Origin: Paraspadella gotoi
Taxonomy: Eukaryota; Animalia; Chaetognatha
Length of the DNA: 13,397 bases
Assembly: GCA_051294375.1 (NCBI GenBank)
Contig: CM119263.1
Location: 4,444,637 to 4,458,033 of the forward strand
Reading direction: 5' to 3'
Shown here: positions 1 through 8,551 of the stretch, piece after piece
Layout: each line of letters starts with the position of its first letter
Position numbering within the stretch: position 1 is the stretch's first letter
The notes under the pieces: generated by a model
What the model saw: only the letters and a program-made list of their open reading frames with translations
The model's database searches: none
What the model was told of the DNA's origin: nothing
Program-made: the position numbers and the translations under genes

Positions 1-97
1 ATCTGTTCCTCGACGTTTGCCATCTTTTTCATTCGGAGCGAATCGACGGACTCGCCAATGAGAGAAAGATCTTGAGAACGAGGTCGAGTCATCGATC

Positions 98-268
98 CAA
101 AATGGCCGCCTGTCAAGACAGTCATTCAAGATGGCCGCCTGTCAAGACATTGATCAGATATGGCCACGGTCAAGACATTGATTAACTATATCCGCCTGTC
201 AAGATGTCATTACAAATGTCAACAGATGCTTTAAAGTCAAGACATTGAACCAAAATGGCCGTCTGTTT
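98..268 (+). repeat. 28-29 bp tandem repeat, about 5-6 degenerate copies (CAA(A/G)ATGGCCGCCTGTCAAGACATTGAT)
   Basis: Units start near 98, 127, 155, 183 and 251; the mirror copy lies at about 3380-3548 on the minus strand. Confidence 0.85.
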
Positions 269-544
269 AGAAAATATTTGTCACGTCTTCGATGTCAATT
301 GATGCCATAATGATCTATCATAAGTAAATTTCATTTAACTTGATACTACGGGAAAAAAAAAGATTTCAAACAGCTGCTCGAATGGGGAAAACCGAGTTGA
401 AACAAAAACCAGCTGCGCGATCGAGACATAAATCCAAGATGGCCGCCATTGAGGATTAGACAACAATCTAATGTGGCCATAACTCAAGCTGTCCGTCGAT
501 ACAATGGGAGGGCAGGGTTGAGTTGGAAAGACCTTGACGGGGAG

Positions 545-800
545 GACGACGAAATCGACATCGACGACGACGATGACAACGACGATGACAACGACGATAT
601 TCAAGATATGGTCGATAATGACAAAGATGATTAGATGACGCTGATGTTGAGGATGACGGAAAAGGAGAAGAAATGATGACACCAACGAGAATTACGTGAC
701 AATGCAATGACGACAACGATTTAAACTACGGCGACCTAAAGGATGACGACGACAACGACGAGGACGACGAAAACAACGACAACGACGACAACGTCGATTA
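545..800 (+). repeat. Degenerate (GAC/GAT/AAC)n trinucleotide low-complexity tract
   Basis: Runs such as GACGACGACGATGACAACGACGATGACAAC; explains the poly-Asp and poly-Val ORFs here. Confidence 0.85.
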
Positions 801-907
801 CGACAGCTCGTGCGAGAGAATCGTAATAAGAGCGAATGTAAATTGAAAGTAATCGTCGGTTCACATTACGAAGAAAACGAGACACGAGGACGGCACTAGA
901 CCCAATA

Positions 908-932
908 NNNNNNNNNNNNNNNNNNNNNNNNN
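908..932. other. Assembly gap, 25 N
   Basis: N run. Other gaps: 4888-4987 (100 N), 10994-11018 (25 N), 11382-11597 (216 N), 12060-12069 (10 N), 12280-12512 (233 N). Confidence 0.98.
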
Positions 933-962
933 TCTCTCTCATCTCTCTCATCTCTCTCTCTC

Positions 963-1021
<59 letters not shown>

Positions 1022-1054
1022 CTCCATCTCTCTTCTCTCTCTCTCTCTCTCTCT
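933..1054 (+). repeat. (CT)n microsatellite
   Basis: Near-perfect TC dinucleotide run. Confidence 0.95.
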
Positions 1055-1079
1055 GGTTAGACGAAGATCTTGGTTTCAC

Positions 1080-1318
1080 GTCATAATCTGTGATAATCTG
1101 AGGTATCTATTACTTCTTCGGAAAAAAATTAATCGCTTTAAAAACTTTTTATCATTCCAAATTGTTCCATTAACTTCAGCGAATTAATCAAAAGTTACCA
1201 CCAATCAAATCAGTGCAGAAGCTGCGATGAGTGTTCAGCCAATTTCGGAGAAATTTTAAAAAACAACGTCGTAACATTCAGTGATAACTGCTATTAAAAT
1301 CTTTCACAGCGTCGTAAA
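1080..1318 (-). CDS. Putative exon 5 of a CASD1-like/SGNH-domain gene (frameshifted)
   Basis: Strong minus-strand acceptor TTATATTTCTACAG (AG at 1320-1319). Pieces in shifting frames: YDAVKDFNSS, KISPKLAEHSSQ..WW, FAEVNGTIWNDKK, FSEEVIDT. Order resembles CASD1 SIAPLLEKLAKTSDVYW...ITNEKIDA (recalled from memory). 3' boundary (donor GTGAAA at 1079) is uncertain. Confidence 0.45.
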
Positions 1319-1349
1319 CTGTAGAAATATAAATGTAAACCAAATGTTT

Positions 1350-1610
1350 TCTACCTCATACGCGCCTCAATAAGTTTCTGATACAACAGAACGCACATAG
1401 CTCTTACACGCCACCCTCATGCTCCTAGGACTCGATGTTTCCGCGCTCCCCGACCTTCATAGTTCCTTCGCTATATAGCCTCCGTACTTCACTAATAGTA
1501 TTATGTTCCTACCAGCCTCATAGCTCCTACCAGCCGTGCAATATCTTCCTCCGCGCACTTTGCATAGTTCTCCTCATTCTCGGGGCCTCAATTAGCTTTA
1601 GCTGTTTCCA
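1350..1610 (+). repeat. Degenerate ~18 bp minisatellite (CCTCATAGCTCCTACCAG-like)
   Basis: ATGTTCCTACCAG-CCTCATAGCTCCTACCAG at 1503-1533, with eroded CATAG(C/T)TC-type copies near 1397, 1415, 1457 and 1563. Confidence 0.55.
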
Positions 1611-1646
1611 TACAACTTTTTTCTTTCGCGCGGCAGCTCTGCATAC

Positions 1647-1719
1647 CCACGCAAGCTCCATTATTATGATTCAGCCACAACGATTTTAAGGGTGGATCGT
1701 GGGTTCGGGTGAGTCTAAT
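1647..1719 (-). CDS. Possible short exon 4 of the same gene (noisy; two stops as assembled)
   Basis: CACATAG acceptor (1721-1720) and GTATGC donor (1646). Reads IRLTRTHDPP then, after a frame change, KIVVAES**WSLR, with the same spacing as CASD1 PHVIVAGAATWSIK (recalled). Could be coincidence. Confidence 0.25.
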
Positions 1720-1767
1720 CTATGTGCATGTAATGATTTCGGGATGAATAGGACTTTTGGCGCCCAC

Positions 1768-1895
1768 ATCTCTCTCCCTCTCTCAGTCTCTTCCCTCATC
1801 CTTCTCTCTATCTCTCTCCCCATCTGCTACTCTCTCTCGATCGTCTCCTTCGTCGTCTCGTTCTGTCTCTCATCTCTCTTCTCCTCTCTCGCCTT
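1768..1895 (+). repeat. Degenerate CT-rich tract
   Basis: Pyrimidine-rich, interrupted (CT)n. Confidence 0.7.
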
Positions 1896-2036
1896 TTGTT
1901 CCGCGCCATAATTCTGTTTCTCATTTCACATAACTCCTCGCACCCCACCAGAGCTCAAATGAGGAGTCGAAAAAGGACAAAGATGGGCACCGCGCACAAT
2001 GTATAGAATGATGGTGGGAGAGCGGTAGAGAAAGTG

Positions 2037-2037
<1 letters not shown>

Positions 2038-2117
<80 letters not shown>

Positions 2118-2400
2118 AATCTTCTCGACGATATCTTCGAGCTCAGAAGAAAAGCGACGCTGCGAAAAGCATGAGGGACCTCTGAAGGAACAGTCATCAC
2201 GAAAGAGAGAAAAAAAGAGATGAGAAGAGAAGAGAGAGAGAAGAGAGAGAAGAGAGAGAGGAGAGGGAGAGAAGAGGAGAGAGAGAGAGAGAGGAGATAG
2301 AGGAGAGAGAGAAGAGAAGAGAAGAGGATGACGAGAGAAGAGAAGAGAAGAGAGAGGAATGGGTTGAGGCGTTGAATGCGGAGGGTTGAGAAAGAGATAG
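2038..2400 (+). repeat. (GA)n microsatellite plus degenerate GA-rich tract
   Basis: Near-perfect GA run 2039-2117 and interrupted GA/GAA tract about 2200-2360. Confidence 0.9.
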
Positions 2401-2562
2401 AGCACGTCGTCGAGAACGAAGAAAAGGTTGGCATGATATTATTATAGGGGGGGGAAGGAGATAGTTAAGGAGCGAGAAAGAACAAGGGGGAAGATAGGAG
2501 TGAGGAGGGAGGAAGGGAGAGGAGGAGGAGCGATATTTATGTAGCTCTGGGTGCGTGGGGGT

Positions 2563-3574
2563 TATGGGTCTAGTTGTGTGTGTGCAGCTTCATCCGTCCT
2601 CGTGTCCTCGGGCGTGTTCTTCGTAATAATGTGAACATGTGGAACTCACGACGTTATTTTCAATTTACAATTCTCTTCATTATTACATGTCCTCTCGCGA
2701 CGGTCTGTCAGTAATCGACGTTGGTCGTCGTTGTCGTTGTTTTCGTCTTGGCAGGCCGCAGGTCTCGCTCGGTCGTTGGTGTCGTCATCCTTTAGGTCCG
2801 CGTAAGTCTTAAATTCGTTGTCCGTCGATTGCATTGTCACCGTATAATTATAAAATTCCTCGTTGTGTCATCAATTTCTTCTCTCTCTCTTCTTCTTTCT
2901 TTCTTGTCTTCTTCTTTGTTTCTTCTACTTTATCCGTCAATCTTCAAAGAACATCACAGCGTCTCTAATCATCTTTTGTCAATTATCGACATATCTGAAT
3001 ATCCGTCCGTTGTCATCTGTCGTGGTCAAATCGTCGTCGTACGATGGTCCGATTCGTCGTCGCCTCACCCCGTCAAGGCTTTCCCACTCACCTGCCCTCC
3101 CCATTGGTATCGACGGATACCAGCTTGAGTTATGCCAGATTAGAATTGTATTGGTTTGTCTAATTCCTCAAATGTGGCGGCCAGATCTTGGATTTATGTC
3201 TCGTGATCGCGCAGCCCTGGTTTTTATGTTTCAACTCGGTTTCCCCCATTCGAGCACTGTTTTGAAATCTTTTTTTTTCGCGTAAGTTCAAGTTAAATTG
3301 AAGATTACTGTATGATGATCATTATGATCAATTGAACATCGAAGACGCTGACAAAATAATTTTCTAAACAGATAAACAGAGGACGGCATTTGGTTATGTC
3401 TTGACTTAAAAGCATCTGTTGACATTTGGTAATGACATTGACCAGGCGGATATAAGTTAAAATTCAATGTCTGTGAACCGTGGCCATATTGATCAATGTC
3501 TTGACTAGGCGCCACTTGAAATGACTGTCTTGACAGGCGCCATTTTGGATTCGATGGAGACGACCCCTCGTCTC
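2563..3574 (-). repeat. Right arm of the large inverted repeat (partner 74-907)
   Basis: Reverse complement of 74-907 but about 180 bp longer through many small insertions. Confidence 0.95.
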
Positions 3575-3650
3575 GCCTTTTGCCATTTTATTTCATTTTT
3601 CATTCGGAGCAATCGAACGACGCAATGTGAGGAATTACTCTAAATGTCGA

Positions 3651-3731
3651 AAAGAAGAGGAGAGAGAGAGAGAGAGGAGAGAGAGAGAGGAAGAAGAGAG
3701 ATGAAGAGAGAGAGAGAGAGAGAGAGAGAGA
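3651..3731 (+). repeat. (GA)n microsatellite
   Basis: Interrupted GA run. Confidence 0.9.
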
Positions 3732-3764
3732 TCAAAGGTTAACACAGAAAACCCGCGGATGCTG

Positions 3765-4065
3765 AAAGGAGAAATGGGAATAAAAAAGGCGGGAAGGATT
3801 AGGGATGGAATGGAATATAATAGAAGAATAGGGATGGAATAGAATAGAATGAAAGATTAGGGATGTAATCAATTGGAATAAAAGATTAGTTAAGAAATAA
3901 AAATTTAATAGAAGATTAAGCATGGAATGATTGGAACAGAAGATTAAATACTGAATGAGATGAAATATTAAATTAGGGACACGATGAAATAGAAGAAAAA
4001 ACGGCCGGAATAAAGTTGACGGAATAAAAAAAAAGAATAGGAGAATATAGATTAGGAATGAGGTT
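3765..4065 (+). repeat. Purine-rich low-complexity tract (GGAAT/AGAAT/GATTA-like words)
   Basis: Almost C-free + strand with recurring GGAAT, TAGAA and AAGATTA. Confidence 0.6.
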
Positions 4066-4284
4066 AATTTGTGCAGTTCCAAGGAAAAATTATAATATTT
4101 AAGAAAGATCAAAGCATTTATTAACAGTTTTTTATTTGTTTTTTTAAAACTGCCAACTTTTGCAGTTAGAAAATATCTTACGGGTCAATCTGAATGAGAG
4201 ATTGCAGGTAAATCGGTTATAAAAAGAAAATGATGTGAGAGACGAAAAAAGTTTATATCGAGAGTCGAGTTTGTTCGACGAGGG

Positions 4285-4850
4285 ATCAAGGCCAAAGGCG
4301 AAGGTTAAGATCAAAAGAGAGAAGAAAAAGATAAAGGTTAAGAGCAAAGGGCCGTTTTTGAAGGCAAAGGTTGAGGGCCAACGACGAAGAAGAAAGGCGA
4401 ATGGCGAAAGGCGAAAGGAGAAGACGAAATTCAAAGACGAAAGGCAAAGACAAAAGGGGAAGACCAAAGACGAAGTCCAAAGGCGAATACATAAGGCGAA
4501 AGGCGAAAGGTGAAGACGAAAGGCAAAAGGCGAAACAAAAGGCAAGAGATGAAGATGAAAGGCAAAGTCCAAAGGCGAAATTCGTAAGCGCGAATACGTA
4601 AGGCAAAAGGCAAAGCGAGGAACGGAAAGGGAAAGGCGAAAAGCACGGGAAAGCGAAAACGAAAAGCAGAACGGCAAAAGGCAAAAGGCAAAAGGCAAAA
4701 AGCAAAAGGCAAAAGGCAAAAAGCAAAAAGGCAAAAGGCAAAAGGCAAAAGGCAAAAGGCGAAAGGCGAAGAATGCAAAAAGAATAGATTTAAAGGCGAA
4801 GACGAAACGAAAATACATGAGACGAAAGGCGAATAGCGAAAGGCGAAAAG
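4285..4850 (+). repeat. Heptamer satellite (GGCAAAA/GGCGAAA)n
   Basis: Near-perfect GGCAAAA array at about 4672-4770 flanked by degenerate AAGGCGA/AAGACGA units; source of the overlapping FAFCLL- and K/R-rich ORFs. Confidence 0.9.
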
Positions 4851-5006
4851 AGAAAAAGTGGGTGAAGCAGAACAATAAACTCTCCAANNNNNNNNNNNNN
4901 NNNNNNNNNNNNNNNNNNNNNNNNNNNNNNNNNNNNNNNNNNNNNNNNNNNNNNNNNNNNNNNNNNNNNNNNNNNNNNNNNNNNNNNGCGGAAAAATGAG
5001 AATTAG

Positions 5007-5010
<4 letters not shown>

Positions 5011-5061
<51 letters not shown>

Positions 5062-5071
5062 GAGAGAGCAC

Positions 5072-5109
<38 letters not shown>

Positions 5110-5110
5110 A
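5011..5110 (+). repeat. (GA)n microsatellite
   Basis: GA run following the 100-N gap. Confidence 0.95.
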
Positions 5111-5183
5111 AAGAGGATTAATGAAATGAATGAATCGTACGGCTACGGGCCGCTGGGCACGCATTTCTGCGGGCCTATATTAC

Positions 5184-5356
5184 CTTTTAGTAAAAAGCTT
5201 TCGTTCATAAAAGGCAAACGAAGAAACAAAGAGATATTGGAGAAATAATGAATCCAAGAACAGAATAGTCAGTTGCTACAAATTAGAGTTAATCGGTAAT
5301 AATTTCTAAGGTGGTCTTATTATCATATTTTGCAGGAGAATATAAAATAATAGTAA
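5184..5356 (-). CDS. Putative exon 3 of the CASD1-like gene (frameshifted)
   Basis: Minus-strand CTAAC (5370-5366) followed by CCTTTAG acceptor (AG 5358-5357); donor AAG|GTAATA at 5183. 3' part reads FCSWIHYFSNISLFLRLPFMNESFLLK; PFMNESF resembles CASD1 PEVNGSM (recalled). Confidence 0.4.
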
Positions 5357-5371
5357 CTAAAGGCAGTTAGT

Positions 5372-5373
<2 letters not shown>

Positions 5374-5427
<54 letters not shown>

Positions 5428-5505
5428 AGAGAGAAGAGGAGAGGAGAGAGTGAGAGAAGAGAGAGAGAGAGAGGAGGAGAGAGAGAAGAGAGAGAGAAAG
5501 AGAGG
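5374..5505 (+). repeat. (GA)n microsatellite filling most of a putative intron
   Basis: GA tract lying between donor GT (5509) and acceptor AG (5357) on the minus strand. Confidence 0.95.
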
Positions 5506-5509
5506 ATAC

Positions 5510-5739
5510 CAGCGATTCGCCACTCCAAAAAGGAAAGAAAGGAAAAATATGCGAGTTCAGTGACTCCTTTTTTACTGGCTTCTTGATTCTGGGGATGGAT
5601 TCTCTCCGAACCTGCAGAATGTGAAGTGTTATGCATTTATCCATTTTGTCCTTTGCTATCTTGTGACGGTTTTTTTTCGCTCAGCAACATCCACGTTCCA
5701 GTTCGATGTTGTTGACAACGATTTGATATGTTATAATAT
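5510..5739 (-). CDS. Putative exon 2 of the CASD1-like gene (frameshifted)
   Basis: CAG acceptor at 5741-5740 continues exon 1 in phase: TYYNISNRCQQHRTGTWMLLSEKK; after a shift in the A8 run, RHKIAKDKMDKCITLHILQ...SHIFPF; ends TTTTGGAGTGGCGAATCGCTG|GT, possibly a damaged F-G-D-S-R-I-R motif. HK-x8-C spacing equals CASD1 HKYKISEAKNC (recalled). Confidence 0.45.
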
Positions 5740-5832
5740 CTGATTTTTTAATATAAAATAATAATATTATTGTTATTATTTATATTATTATTATATTTTT
5801 AATAAAGTTGTTTCTATCTCATGGGCTTTCAC

Positions 5833-6014
5833 GTTTTCGGAAACTCATTTCGAAATTCAATATTTGATATTAGCTGCTTCTTCCGATCACTGAATGTGAA
5901 GTTGTTACAATAGACATAGAGGATCAGCAAGTTCACACGAGTTATTGCAGCAACAATGAAAACTCCTTTTTGCTTTGTTTTGACCATTTGAGGCCATTTT
6001 TTTAATTCTGCCAT
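5833..6014 (-). CDS. Putative first coding exon: short basic N-terminus, hydrophobic anchor and stem (type II membrane protein)
   Basis: ORF MAELKKWPQMVKTKQKGVFIVAAITRVNLLILYVYCNNFTF...; AAAA-ATG-G start context; followed by GT at 5832 and a 93 nt very AT-rich intron candidate ending CAG. Confidence 0.5.
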
Positions 6015-6510
6015 TTTTTATGTAAATCAACCGTAGTAAAATATAATCGACAAAAATTTTTTTAAAAAAGTAATAAAAAGTGAAATGTCCTTTTAGAGTT
6101 TCAGAATAGTTGTATTTGCAACAACGGTGAAGTTTGTTGCAAAATAAACCACTTTTTACAAAGATCTGGAAAAGAGAATAAATTTAGAATGTAGAAAGCA
6201 TTTAAATATTATATAACTGTTAAAGTGAGTTATTTAAAAAAAAAAAGAACATGTAACTGAGGGTGAGCCAGCGGGAGGAAAAAGGTTAGACTAGAGAGAG
6301 AAGAGAGAGAGAGAACCGTTTTCTTTTATTCGAGGCAAAGAGATCAGTGCGCATATGGAGCAGATTTTGGAGTAAATAGGAAAAAGGATAACAGAAAAAA
6401 AATGGGAAAAGAAAGAAAAAAAAGGAAAACGGGAAAAAAAGGTAAGAAACGGACATAGAGGAAAAATGAACGGAGCGGGAAAAGAATAGTCGACTGTGTG
6501 TATCATGATA

Positions 6511-6800
6511 AGAGACAGGAGAGAGAGAGAGAGAGAGAGAAAGAAGAGAGAGGCACACATAATTCCAGCATTCGCCTTATCCTTTTTTGTCTTCTTTGCA
6601 CCGATGCAAAATTTTTCGCGTCTTTATTTATATTATTTATTAATAGTGAACGAAGCGAACATCCTGTCAATATATCCTTTCCCGATCTCCTTTCTCTCTT
6701 TAACTCTTTTCAATTCTCTCTCTCTCTCTTCTCTCTCTCCTCTGCTCTCTTCTCTCTCACTCTCTCTCTCTCTCTCTGCTCTCTGCTCTCCTCTGCTCCT
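6511..6800. repeat. (GA)n tract (6511-6552) and (CT)n tract (about 6690-6800)
   Basis: Dinucleotide runs of opposite polarity about 140 bp apart. Confidence 0.85.
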
Positions 6801-7056
6801 CGTTTTCACCGAGTCAACGTCTGGTTTCACTAAGACAATTTTCTTTTTAATCTAATAATTAAGAATTCAGAATTAAACATTCAAGATTCAAGTTTAATTC
6901 AAGAATCTCCGATCGATTTTAATTATAATCAGTACTGACTTTGATTAAACGACTCGTGATAAAAGAACTGACTTCGATTCTTCGGTCGTCGACCTCGAAG
7001 CGAAATAAAAGATACGAACAGTTTCTTTCTCCGTCGACGCGGAAGATTTTGCCGCC

Positions 7057-7069
7057 GTTGCTAAGCAAC
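7057..7069. promoter_or_regulatory. RFX X-box-like palindrome GTTGCTAAGCAAC
   Basis: Perfect 6 bp arms GTTGCT-A-AGCAAC fitting the RFX X-box pattern, in a CpG-rich patch about 1 kb upstream of the putative ATG at 6014. Function not shown. Confidence 0.3.
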
Positions 7070-7455
7070 CGTCGATCGGCAATATTTGCGACGAAGACGA
7101 CGAAGGCAATGACAATGAGAAAGACGTCTGTGACAGCAGTTACCATGACGTCAAGAACACACTTACAATAATGATGTCATATTGACGACAGAGACAACAA
7201 GATGTTTACTACGATAATTTTGACAATGACATTATTTTTTTTATAACATTGATAGTATAGTTACTTCCCCTTTAATATTGATCAATAAAAGCAGGATAAT
7301 TATTAGCATATTTGCTACAATGACGATGAATTCAGTAATGACAAATTGACAAATGAGACAGATGACATTGAGATGATGGTTAAGATATTGAATTCGTCGA
7401 TGACAAAGAACAAGGCCACTTCTTCGCTAATTGAAACGAGCACGACGAGAGAGAA

Positions 7456-7458
<3 letters not shown>

Positions 7459-7520
<62 letters not shown>
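7459..7520 (+). repeat. Perfect (GA)n microsatellite
   Basis: Uninterrupted GA run. Confidence 0.97.
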
Positions 7521-7522
<2 letters not shown>

Positions 7523-7734
7523 ATAACCTTACGTCATTCGCTAAACTCCTCCGTATTTAATTCCCGACAACAGAACTTTGATTTTCGAGACGCTTAAGAC
7601 TTAATTAACATTTATCATTTAGTTACGCGACTTTACTCAGTCTTTAATTTATCTCAGTCACTGATTATAACAACAAATAAAATTAAAAATAAAATAAAAA
7701 TAAAATTAAAAAATAGGATTTTGTGGCGAAAAAT

Positions 7735-7836
7735 ACGACGACGACAACGACAACGACGACGACTACGACGAAGACGACCACTAAGACGTCGACGAAGACT
7801 ACGACTATGACGACGACGAAGACTACGACGACGACG
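7735..7836 (+). repeat. (ACG/ACT/ACA)n trinucleotide microsatellite
   Basis: Explains the poly-Thr and poly-Val ORFs. Confidence 0.9.
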
Positions 7837-7969
7837 CCAAAGAAACTAAGAATTCCGGTCGATGATCTTTTGTTTCTTCCAAAATCGTTAATAGACTTAA
7901 TTCGACCAAACGTAAAGTGGAAACGAAACGCAACAATCAACTCAGATTTGGAAATGGAAGAGTAGAGCC

Positions 7970-8255
7970 GATGACGTCGAAAAACGGCAACGACGACAAA
8001 GAAGACGATAACGGCGACGATAACAGGGATAGCGACGATGACGATAACGACAAGGATAAAAACGACGACAATGAGAACGACAATATGGACAATGGACAAC
8101 TCTGATGATGAAAATGATTACGGCGATAATGACAAGGATAACTGGGACAACGACGATGATGAATATGATAACGAAAAGGACAAAGAACCTCAATATGGAC
8201 AACTACGTCGAGGACAACGACGACGACCAACGACCGCGACGACACGACGACGGCA
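7970..8255 (+). repeat. Degenerate (GAC/GAT/AAC)n tract
   Basis: Trinucleotide low complexity with an internal repeat CAATATGGACAA at about 8081 and 8191. Confidence 0.8.
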
Positions 8256-8446
8256 CTCATTTAAAAAGGCGCTCATTTATTATCTCAAACTCGCTGCCCG
8301 TCGGCGACTCTAACCAATCGTGAAGAACCTTTTTTGCTTTGGCGCCATTTCTGTCGGCTAGGGATTTTGAAAAGCTTTAATTGTCGCGCCCTGGCGACTG
8401 TTACGAAGCGAACACTGTCGGGTTGCCGCCCAGATTGAAAAGAAGT

Positions 8447-8551
8447 CGCGTCAGAGGGATTGAATCCGCACCGAGAGACTCGAGTGACGACGACGACGAA
8501 CGAACGTCGGAGGACGTGATACGCGATGTGACCGATCAGAGCTAGATCGCG
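8447..8551 (-). mobile_element. tRNA-like Pol III element / tRNA-derived SINE head, copy 1
   Basis: Minus-strand A-box-like TAGCTCTGATCGG (8544-8532), degenerate B-box GGATTCAATCC, complementary ends CGCGATC / GACGCG; extra GAC repeats in the middle. Confidence 0.4.

Larger units (their letters stand above)
74..907 (+). repeat. Left arm of a large inverted repeat (partner 2563-3574)
   Basis: Collinear reverse-complement match along the arm, e.g. GCTCGAATGGGGAAAACCGAGTTGAAAC (~376) vs GTTTCAACTCGGTTTCCCCCATTCGAGC (~3228), and CTAGACCCA (~896) vs TGGGTCTAG (~2565). Ends at the 25-N gap 908-932. Confidence 0.95.

Noticed and set aside
98-268. CRISPR-like array (28-29 bp repeats)
   Set aside because: Units are head-to-tail with no unique spacers, no cas genes are present, and the context is eukaryotic.
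335-951. Poly-Asp, poly-Val and Arg-rich ORFs
   Set aside because: Translations of a GAC-type trinucleotide tract; frames are not conserved in the other inverted-repeat arm.
1926-2434. 159 aa Leu/Ser-rich ORFs
   Set aside because: Translations of (CT)n microsatellite.
1768-2570. Inner extension of the inverted repeat (CT tract vs GA tract; 1928-1956 vs 2541-2566)
   Set aside because: Complementarity is mostly low-complexity and the short match is too weak to support.
3732-4887. Hydrophobic 126-247 aa ORFs resembling membrane proteins
   Set aside because: Antisense readings of purine-rich low complexity and the GGCAAAA satellite.
7683-8323. Mucin-like poly-Thr and acidic ORFs
   Set aside because: Overlapping ORFs in several frames over trinucleotide repeats, with no recognisable domain or signal peptide.
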